This document shows positions 51,461 through 60,300 of a stretch of DNA of 64,000 bases, one piece after another. The notes under the pieces were generated by a model. That model made no database searches. It was not told the origin of the DNA and worked only from the letters and a program-made list of their open reading frames with translations. The position numbers were made by a program, and so were the translations under genes. The first letter of the stretch is position 1; each line of letters opens with the position of its first letter. The DNA is taken from IMG/VR virus record IMGVR_UViG_3300044821_000131, positions 1-64,000 of that record. The stretch is one strand, 5' to 3'.

Positions 51461-51886
51461 ATGCTCCTATATCTAAAAGATTCAAACGGTATTTGGAAAT
51501 TACACAGCTACGAAACGTTATCCGATTTGGCCAATGAGTTTGCCAAACGTAACATAAAAATCGGCAATGACGTGACGATCGGCGATTACGTGGCGCTCGG
51601 CAATGACGTGGCGCTCGGCAATCGCGTGAAGATCGGCAATGGCGTGGTTATTCCCAAAGCTGCGAACATCCAACTCCAATACGACCTGGTCACCATCAAC
51701 AACTTGGGATCCCGGAACGCGCCCTTATCTGCTGTTAAAATCAAGGATATCGTCCATGTCGCGACTGGGTGCTTCAGTGGCACGATTGATGAGTTTGATA
51801 AGAAGGTGAAGGAAGTGCATGAAGAGAGTGAGCATGGGATGCGTTATCTGAAGGCCATTAAATATATCAAAGATCAATTAACATGA
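51461..51886 (+). CDS. Hexapeptide-repeat protein, paralog 5 (5 repeats)
   Basis: 5 x 18-bp units at 51557-51646; shared N- and C-terminal blocks. Confidence 0.88.
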   Translation: MLLYLKDSNGIWKLHSYETLSDLANEFAKRNIKIGNDVTIGDYVALGNDVALGNRVKIGNGVVIPKAANIQLQYDLVTINNLGSRNAPLSAVKIKDIVHVATGCFSGTIDEFDKKVKEVHEESEHGMRYLKAIKYIKDQLT

Positions 51887-52233
51887 GTCATATTGTAAAA
51901 TTTTCAGCGGCCAAGTTTACAAATTTGGATATACTGAAAAAGGCGTTTGCAAAATTCAATTGGCAATCCGTCGGCAACGTGATACTGCATCCCGAAAAAC
52001 GGGGCAATATCACCTTGGTGCAGAATACGGTTTCGATGGAGTGGGACCTGCAAGGTGACCTGTCGATGGGAGGCATATACGACACCTTCGGTCGAAACTT
52101 TGAGAAGTTGCAGCAGCAATACGGGTTGGAAATGCTTGAACAGTACGTGCAGGAGAAAGCCGGAACTATGGCGTGCGAAACGTTGGAGGATGGCACGATC
52201 ATGGGTGAAATTGAGATGGAGGTGATGCTGTGA
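51883..52233 (+). CDS. DUF1257 (Ycf35)-like protein
   Basis: MSHIVKFS..KFTNLDILKKAF...LQQQYG.E; a usual neighbour of Ycf46-type AAA genes. Confidence 0.6.
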   Translation: MSHIVKFSAAKFTNLDILKKAFAKFNWQSVGNVILHPEKRGNITLVQNTVSMEWDLQGDLSMGGIYDTFGRNFEKLQQQYGLEMLEQYVQEKAGTMACETLEDGTIMGEIEMEVML

Positions 52234-52430
52234 AGGCTAAGATCAAATTCCGGCTGACTCCTGATGGCAAGGTTCATTGGGACAATATCGAGAATGTGGG
52301 ATCGTCCTGCACCAAGGTCATTGACGACGTTTCATCTGATCTTGGTCTACATGTAGAGACGCTGGGTCCGACGACGCCAGCCTTTTACGAGGAAGTCCAG
52401 CAGGATAACGAACAAGACATTACGACATGA
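52230..52430 (+). CDS. DUF2997-like protein
   Basis: IKFRLTPDGKV...GSSC...LG. Confidence 0.65.
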   Translation: MKAKIKFRLTPDGKVHWDNIENVGSSCTKVIDDVSSDLGLHVETLGPTTPAFYEEVQQDNEQDITT

Positions 52431-52943
52431 TTCAGCCACCTAAAATTCCTGAAAACTTGGGCACGCTTGATATGCCCGCCTTGGTCGAGCTTTACCGATT
52501 GACCGGGTCGAAGCGGGTAGCCTCGGCCATTCACAAGTTGAGCCAAGCGCCAGTCCCGACCGCACCGATTGCACCTGTGGTGCACCCAAGACCCGGCGGC
52601 ACTCCGAAAGGATTTCATGTGCCACGACGGGAACAGGGTAGTTATAAACCGAGGCCAATTGAACGCCAGCCCAAGTTGACGTCAGATGAAGGTTAAGGCG
52701 AAAGTATTCTTGCGCCCAGATGGCACAGTCGAAGCCGTGTATCGAGACACACTGTTCCCTTTATTCGGATCCATAACACAGGTCACCCGGGTGACCGATG
52801 TAGAGTTCAATCTATCATCGCAGACGTGGGAATCGAGAGATGTTCACGGCTGTCTGTTGGTACAGAACGTTTCTCGTGATCAGTGTGTTCAAGAGGAACA
52901 CTCCATCGTTGAAGACCGCATGCGCCTCGCGTGCGCAGTTTGA
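52427..52943 (+). CDS. Two small ORFs of the AAA operon (52427-52696, 52686-52943)
   Basis: Overlapping chain; the second has PDGTVEAVY...RVTDVEF. Confidence 0.55.
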
Positions 52944-53089
52944 TTCAATTAACCGACGGCGCTTACATGGGTCGTCGGTCTCTTTCGTTTCGACCAGCCA
53001 GTGTCGAAACACTCATGGTTGCCACCTATTGTCAACCTTGTCATATCCAACAAAATCCCCACTGGTGTCTTTCCTACTAAACTACTGTT

Positions 53090-54553
53090 ATGCAAATACA
53101 GCTAGATAATCCCCCCAGTTCCAAACTTACGTCACAAGAACGTCGGATAACGCAGGCCGTGCCCTCAACGCCCGGCTCCGAAGTTAATCCACAGGTGCGT
53201 CGAGTAACGCAGTCGCAGACGACAATCAATAACTCGAATGTGCGCCAAGCATCGGCATCGTCAACAACCACAGGTTTTCGTAAGCGCATCGACCGAGTGC
53301 CTGGCACCTATACACTGAAGCGCACCGGCGGACCTGGCCACGGATATGGTCAACTGTTGGTACGTCGATGCAATAAAGGCTTTGATGTCATTGCGGACTA
53401 TCTTCCCGGCAATGTCGAGAAGCTCGGACGTTGGTTGAGTTACACACCGCTGGAATACAAAGCGTTCCCATTCATCCCGGTGTATCGCTCTTTCGATTCC
53501 AGGACGCCGGATGAGGTTCAGGTTATGGAGATCAGTGTCAACACGATCGACGGTGTCAAATTCCGGCTGCTCACGCTCGATGCTCAGCCGGCCAGCAACT
53601 GGCGAGACTACGCCGGGGTAAAGTCGGACGTGCACAGCGTGGACGCTGGCGTTCGGACTCGTATCCGGAACTTTACTTCGGTCAAGCTGTATCCGGTCGG
53701 AAAGTCGGTTGTCAATAGCGCGGAAGCCGCGCAGTTTTTCGCACCGAAGCCTGTTGCTCCAGCAGTGGTAGGACCCGCTCCGGTCGCTGTTGCGCCAATC
53801 GCACCGATTCCGTCAAAGCCGTGGATCTCGGCGAAACCGGATTATGTCTGGCCTTTGCCTCAACGACCCAAGACTGTTCCTACGTTGGTCTCACGGCATC
53901 CGCTCAAGAAGCCGGCGACCCCGCACAAGTTCAAGACTCCGGTGTATCAATGGTCGGAGTTGTATCGTATGATTCTTAAGAATTGGAAGCGCGTGGCGCC
54001 GAGTGTACAACCCGCACAACGGTCTGCTGCGGAAACGGCGTCGGCTATAGCCCGCAATGGCCAGCGTAATGCCCGATATGCCTGACAGTATGAAGTTTAA
54101 ACTGGTTAAAAACGCCAAAGTGTTGGTGAAGGATAGAGCAAGCACTTCACCATTCGAATGGGAAATACGGGAAGGTATTGTAATCGACGCGTTGCGCGAT
54201 CACATCTTGGTTAAATTCCATTGGTGGATCTTTCCATACCAGCGTTGGGTGTCGTTACAAGCATCGCCGTCACACGAAGTGGCTTATAGAGACGAAGACA
54301 CCCGGGACTGATTATGATAATAACGAAGATCATTCCCGGTTTTGTTTCTCAACGTTTCGATACTGAGAAACAGTGTTGGCTGGACCAAGAGTTTGTGGGC
54401 GGTGACAGCGAGATATTCGATGCTAATGGTGAGGAGTTGTCGACGCAACTCGCCGAGCAGTTACAACGTGACTACCCGGTGCTGTCAGAGTCTTCTCTGC
54501 CGCTTCTCATGGTTCAGCCGAAATCCGTTGACGGTGTCAGTTTGGCTGGCTAG
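53090..54553 (+). CDS. Hypothetical ORFs (53090-54085 Pro-rich, 54057-54311, 54314-54553)
   Basis: Co-oriented ORFs upstream of tmRNA. Confidence 0.55.
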
Positions 54554-54571
54554 GGTTTGTTTATAGTTTAC

Positions 54572-54991
54572 GGGCACGTACTGGTATCGATTGTTGTTGG
54601 GACTGAAAGACTGCGTGTAGCGGATGGTCGTTGGCCGCTTTAAACTCCGACCAAAACGAAAACGCTAATAGCGGATTCAATATGGGGCCAAGTGTGGCCG
54701 AAGCTGACGCGCTCCTCGCTAAGTTCGGATACACTGAAGCCGTTCTGGCCTGATTAAACAGGCCTCCCGATCTGCCGGGTTAGATGCTCGCTATACCGGC
54801 GGATCGTCACCAGCGAGACCAAGCCTTGGATAGGGCAACGGCTGTTTTTCTGAACAGAGCCGAGAATCTGGTTGGGAGTTTGTCTGAAGCTGGTTGTCGG
54901 TCCTTTCAGGCAGAGTATAAAATCGAATACACACGTAGCGGTTTGAAGCACTAGCAGCAAGACAGGGGTTCGACTCCCCTCGTGTCCACCA
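54572..54991 (+). ncRNA. ssrA: tmRNA (one-piece, 420 nt)
   Basis: Acceptor stem GGGCACG/CGTGTCC-ACCA with G3:U; T-arm aggggTTCGACTcccct; pk1 gcgg/ccgc plus ggtcg/cgacc; probable tag ORF 54664-54753 ANSGFNMGPSVAEADALLAKFGYTEAVLA*. Confidence 0.93.
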
Positions 54992-55047
54992 TTTCCCGGT
55001 GAAAGCTGGGGATTAGCCTGGACGGAAGTTCCGTCCGGTTTTGTTGG

Positions 55048-55082
55048 ACGCCACTGGGCTTGATAACCCAGTGGCGTTTTTA
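55048..55082 (+). terminator. Intrinsic terminator after tmRNA
   Basis: acgccactggg-cttgataa-cccagtggcgt-tttt; two further hairpins lie between it and the CCA end. Confidence 0.8.
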
Positions 55083-55103
55083 ATTATTTAGTATGCTGGA
55101 ATT

Positions 55104-57548
55104 ATGAATACAAGTGAAGAGATTAGGTGCCTGTCCGAGGCGCTTATGGCGAGTTCGCGTGGAATCGAAATCAATTGGTGGTTGTTACGTGCCGCCTCCT
55201 ACGCTCTCGATGAGCTTCAAAAGGAAAGAGAAGCAGACAAAGCAACTATCGATGGCTTGGAACAATATCATACTGGTCTTACTGTTGCCAACGAAAGAGC
55301 TTTTAAAGCTGAAGGAGAAGTCGGGCAACTCCGCCTCGCCATCAAGTCTAAGGACGAAGCGCTTCTGGCGCACGTCAAGTGGCACGAGGAATATGACGAG
55401 TATGGCGGATGGACCGACTCTGATCTATGTGAATTGACTTATAAAGCTTTGAAAACAGACTTCAAATGACCATTACGAAAGAAGAAATTTGTCAACTTAT
55501 AGACGAGTTGCATGCGGCCCCGTATGTGGCTGGCGATCTTCATCATCGATCGGAGTCAGCAATGGCTATTCTGTATCGAGAACGAGAAGAGGCGCGTAAC
55601 CATGATGCGTCAGTGTGCCAGGCGTTAGAGGCGAGAACATCTGAACGCGAGCGCCTGCTGCTCGAAGTAAAGTTAGGGAACGAGCAGATCGACAGACTTA
55701 AGGTGGAAAAACTACGGGCAACTTTGGTCGGGGCGATCCAATGCCAGTGTGGATGTGCGTACTCAAGCATCGATCCCGAGACTGGCGATTTGCATTTCGG
55801 CCCGGGCTTCTTAGTACAACAATGCCCGCGTTGTATTCTAGTTAATACTTTAGAGCAGGAACTCAAAAATAAATGAATAATATAACTGAAACAGATCCGA
55901 CTGTACCTCTTGGTGAGTGCCGAGTATGTCGAACCAAAACTGAGCGAGATGACCTTATTCACTTGGCCATATACGTGGCAGGTAGCGAAGGTATTACCGT
56001 GTGTAACGCGTGTCGTCTCGTACTTGCCGAAGTTGTGCGGGGCATGATGCGTGCCAATATCTCTGGAAGAAAACAGGGGTATTTAGCCGCTAAAAACCCT
56101 CAACACAACAACACGACGCCAACTATAAAAGACGATGCACCGCCGAGACCGTGGCATTTTGTAAACTACGGGTATAATATCGGAGTTTACGAAGGCGCTA
56201 TTAAAACCCGCGACGGCGTTACGGTTGCTCATTTGAAAGCTTGTGAATGCGACGAACTTGAGGCTAGAGCCGCTTTAATCATCCAATCCGTCAATGAACA
56301 CTTCGTCTAAAAAATCATTTGAACCATGCAACTGGCCATTCAACGACGGAGCGGAATACAATCCTTGCGAGCGTTTGAAAATCCGTGGTGGTTATATTTA
56401 CTTCCGCCCGCAATCTGAACATTTTCAATTCACCGTTTCTTGCGGACCTAATAGTGAACGTAGTTTTTCCGGTTGCTATTTCGGACATGACGGAATGACA
56501 GCGGACAAAGTGCGTGCCGATTTAATACGTCGTTCTGGCAGCTTCTAACCATTAACACCAAAAACTATGAAAACTACAAACGCCAAAGCGACTCCGAGCC
56601 CAAAACAGCAAGTTATTATTCAAATCACTTCCCAAAAAACTTACCTTCCCGAATCGAAGATGCGGCAGCAGGTTGAGGCAGATTTAAATAAGCTGTCCAT
56701 GTCAACTGTTTACGGGTTGCAAACATTAATTGCGCTTCGTCTCGCTGAACAAAAAAGCGAACTGGAATGCGAACACGCCGCGCTAAACACCGTTGCGGAA
56801 GCGGCTAAACGGCATTTGGTGGTGGAGAAGGGAAAAGTTAAATGGCTACAAAATTGGCTCCACAATGGCGAGGGGAAAACATTATCAGAGGTTAGTCGCG
56901 CCTCCCTGGGGCAACTTTTAGCTGAAATGTTCCAGCTCACATCTGGCTCGAAATTGCCGCAAACTCTCGCCGCCCTCGCCGCGATCCGTGGAGGTGAAAA
57001 ATGAAAACAACTACAAACGACAAAACGACTCCAGACAAAAACAAAATGTTCAAAACAGCCTATGCAACTGTTGCTTGCGCTTGCATAAAGGTTGGCGATT
57101 GTGTCAGTGTTGAGTTTTCACACTACGGCAACAATGGGTTAGCTTGGTTCTACATTGACCGAAGCCAACACGGCCAACTTCCGCATAAAGTCGCCTATCC
57201 GGCCAACCATTTGAAGGATTTTTGTTTATGAAAGAATCACCATTTCACACACTAGCAACGGCATACGTGGCTAACAGTTATCAATCGTATGAGGAAAAGT
57301 CTGCCGTAATAAATCCAGCTGTCAACGAACACGCCGCCTTAAACGCCGTGGCGGATATGCTTAAAGATGCAGCTAGATTCTTACAAGCTCATTCCGAATC
57401 ATCCACCACCACTTGCGGAAATGCGGATGCTTTCCGTGCGCGTTCAAAGCAATACCGCTCCAACCTCGCCGCCCTCGCCGCGATCCGTGGAAAGAAACAA
57501 GCCATGAATAAAAACAAGGTACGAAAACATGAGAGAAAAATACATTGA
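55104..57548 (+). CDS. Run of small hypothetical ORFs (55104-55469, 55466-55876, 55873-56310, 56294-56548, 56567-57004, 57001-57231, 57228-57548)
   Basis: ATGA-coupled chain typical of phage early regions. Confidence 0.6.
56966..57491 (+). repeat. 27-bp direct repeat ctcgccgccctcgccgcgatccgtgga (56966-56992, 57465-57491)
   Basis: Exact match encoding LAALAAIRG near the end of two ORFs. Confidence 0.85.
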
Positions 57549-58425
57549 GAAGCGTTTCGGCGTGAAGGCTCAGGAGATGGTTCTGATAATCAACAAAATT
57601 CTCGCTGAATATGCCGCCGATGGCTATGACCTGTCCCTGCGCCAACTCTACTACCAACTCGTCAGTCGAAATGTGGTGGAGAACACCGAACGCAGTTACA
57701 AGAACGTCGGCAACATCGTGAGCGATGGAAGGCTGGCCGGCTTGATAGACTGGGACATTATCAAAGACCGTGGTCGCGAGATGATACAGAATCCTCACTG
57801 GTTATCTCCGGCTGACATCCTGAATACCGCTGCTACACAGTATCGCATTGATCGGTGGGACACACAGCCGCGCTACGTAGAAGTGATGGTGGAAAAACAG
57901 GCGCTCGAAGGTGTGCTGATTCCGGTCTGCTCGGACTGGGATGTGCCATTCACGGCCAATAAGGGATACTCTTCATCGAGTGCAATGCACGAAGCTGGTA
58001 AGCGAATCTATAAACGATTGCGCGATGAAAAGGATATCATCATCATCTATCTCGGTGACCACGATCCCAGCGGTATCGATATGACCCGCGATGTGGAAGA
58101 ACGACTGCGCCTCTTTGCGGAATGTCACATCGACGATACAATCACTGTGAACGTGCGTCGGGTAGCTTTAAACATGAGCCAGATCGAAGAAATGCGTCCA
58201 CCTGAAAACCCGGCTAAGATGACGGATAGTCGGGCCGAAGCGTATGTACAGCGATTTGGAGAGTCATCTTGGGAGTTGGACGCAATTGAGCCAAAACGCT
58301 TGGCCCAACTTGTGTCTTCGGCAATCGAACAGGAAGTGGACAAAAAAGCTTGGAAGCAAAGTGGTATTCAACAGCAGGCCGGTCGCGACTACATCGCGAA
58401 GATGGCCCGTGACTACAAACCGTAA
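57529..58425 (+). CDS. Topo VI A/Spo11-like TOPRIM protein
   Basis: LSLRQLYYQLVS (winged helix with Tyr), VEVMVEKQAL, NKGYSS, YLGDHDPSG, RVALN, WELDAI. Confidence 0.75.
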   Translation: MREKYIEKRFGVKAQEMVLIINKILAEYAADGYDLSLRQLYYQLVSRNVVENTERSYKNVGNIVSDGRLAGLIDWDIIKDRGREMIQNPHWLSPADILNTAATQYRIDRWDTQPRYVEVMVEKQALEGVLIPVCSDWDVPFTANKGYSSSSAMHEAGKRIYKRLRDEKDIIIIYLGDHDPSGIDMTRDVEERLRLFAECHIDDTITVNVRRVALNMSQIEEMRPPENPAKMTDSRAEAYVQRFGESSWELDAIEPKRLAQLVSSAIEQEVDKKAWKQSGIQQQAGRDYIAKMARDYKP

Positions 58426-58662
58426 TCCTCCTATGAACAAGCAATTATCGTTGGGTTTGAACCGCGGTTCTCGCCCGACCAAATTTCCAGAAGTCGACTT
58501 GTCGCACCACGACTTCGGTCCGGAGTTTGGCTACTACTACAGAACCCCGATCCAGCTGCGCCCTGAAGGCGGTATGGCCTATCGCTATGGCCGACCTAAT
58601 AACGCCGTCACGGCCGGACATCCGATCGGACATCCAGAAATAGATCTTAGGAATTCGATGAA

Positions 58663-59820
58663 ATGAGCATAAATCCAGCAGACCCGGTAGCGGCACATAT
58701 AAATATTCTGCAAACCGTCGTTGATCAGCTCAAAGCTGCGCGCGAACGGTATAAGCCCGACACCTCTGTAATCTATGTGGTACATGCCGTGTATGAGGAT
58801 AACGAACAGCTGTACGTCAGCTTCTGTGAGTTTCCTGAGCGTGTAGATCATACCGTCGTTCTGAAAAAGATGTGGGCTGAAATCGTGAAAAGTAATGGTT
58901 GGGAACTCGACGACGAAGAAAGCTATGCTGAAAACACTAAGGTGCGCTGGCTGTCAGTTATACATTTCGAAAATTACAAACCTGTGTTTGATTGGACGGA
59001 CAGCTATTACGTGGATTAGTTCGTGTAGTAGATTTCGCTTGCACGAATCTGGTTTCGTGTTAAAACGTTCTTGTGATCGAAGCGCTGCTCGAAACTAGTT
59101 TAGTTGAGGGACCCGAAGGAAAGTCCGTCGAAGGCCTGTCTCTCACCTGCGGCGATTGCGATCTCTGCGTTGAATGCGTAGGATCCGACTGCCGGGAGAA
59201 TCGAGAAAAGCTGAAGGCTATGTTGCATGAACGTTGTCCTGAGAAAGAGCATGGCCGGCACGTTATAAAAATCACCACTTCTTAAACTTAACTTCATCGA
59301 ATCTATGAGTCTCGGCGGCAAATTCAAGACCGAGGGCGGACAAGGCGGAAAACGCGGACATTCCAACATGACCCACTGGAATTATACTGAGGAAATTAAA
59401 CGTCGTAGCAAGAAGCGTCGACGTCTCGAAACGAAACGGCTGAGCTCGGATTATGAGTAGAAAGTCGAATAAACCCTCTGTTTTGTCAGGTATCTCACAA
59501 CAATGAACAAAGAATTACATTATTTACAGCACATCAAGGCTGCCGTTGAGTCGGTCGTGTATGGTCCGTTTTCAAATAGATACGAGGTGCAACAGTGTTT
59601 GCTTCGGCTCCTTACCGTGGCGCCTGGCTTGGCCAATGCTATCAGCCCGGACACCGTGTTCGAACTCGTTATGATGGGCAACAACCAGCTCAAAGCTTAC
59701 ACGTTCGCTGTAGGTTATATGGATAATCTTCGAGCACATGCTTTGGGACAGATCGACCAAGAATTGGATCGAGACTTTCCCTTGTTGCTAAAGCCTGAGC
59801 GTAAAACCAAGAAGAAATAA
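58663..59820 (+). CDS. Small hypothetical ORFs (58663-59019, 59073-59285, 59305-59460, 59503-59820)
   Basis: 59305-59460 read directly (MSLGGKFKTEGGQGGKRGHSNM...basic tail, 51 aa). Confidence 0.55.
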
Positions 59821-59823
59821 ATT

Positions 59824-60228
59824 ATGTTGAGATCCTTAATCACCTGCACTCTGTCTGCACTGCTGCTCGTGGTTGGATCGTCAACCACTTCCGGTCGTCC
59901 TATCTTCGAAGCGCTCGGCCTCATCGAGTCCGGAAATAACGACGCGGCCGTCGGTAAGAAGAAGGAAATCTCGCGTTATCAAATTCGCCCGGCGGTCTGG
60001 AAGGCCTACGCTAAACCTGGTGAGAGTTATTTAAACCCGCAGGATTCGTTATCGGTGGCACAACGTGTATTGTGGGAACGAATTAAGAAGTTCGAGCATC
60101 GGACGAGTCGATCTCCGACGAATTTTGAGATCTACACCTTGTGGAATGCTCCGGCTGAAGTTAATCACCCTAGCCGGGTGGTGGCGGAGCGCGCTGAGCG
60201 TTTCTGCAATCTGGTGTCGACACGCTAG
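59824..60228 (+). CDS. Lysozyme-like / lytic transglycosylase with signal-peptide-like N-terminus
   Basis: Hydrophobic N-terminus, ALGLIESG (catalytic Glu position), GKKKEISRYQI, YTLWN. Confidence 0.68.
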   Translation: MLRSLITCTLSALLLVVGSSTTSGRPIFEALGLIESGNNDAAVGKKKEISRYQIRPAVWKAYAKPGESYLNPQDSLSVAQRVLWERIKKFEHRTSRSPTNFEIYTLWNAPAEVNHPSRVVAERAERFCNLVSTR

Positions 60229-60300
60229 ATTCCCGGATCTTCCTGCCAGTTTTCACTAACCAATAACGGCGCATTCATTGCACTGTTAAAACCATACTAT

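Noticed and set aside
54955-54991. tRNA gene suggested by GGTTCGACTCC...CCA
   Set aside because: It is the 3' tRNA-like domain of the tmRNA; no separate tRNA was recognised
60262-60295. CAATAAC...GTTAAAA as a mini attC
   Set aside because: Too short, and arms do not pair with attC geometry
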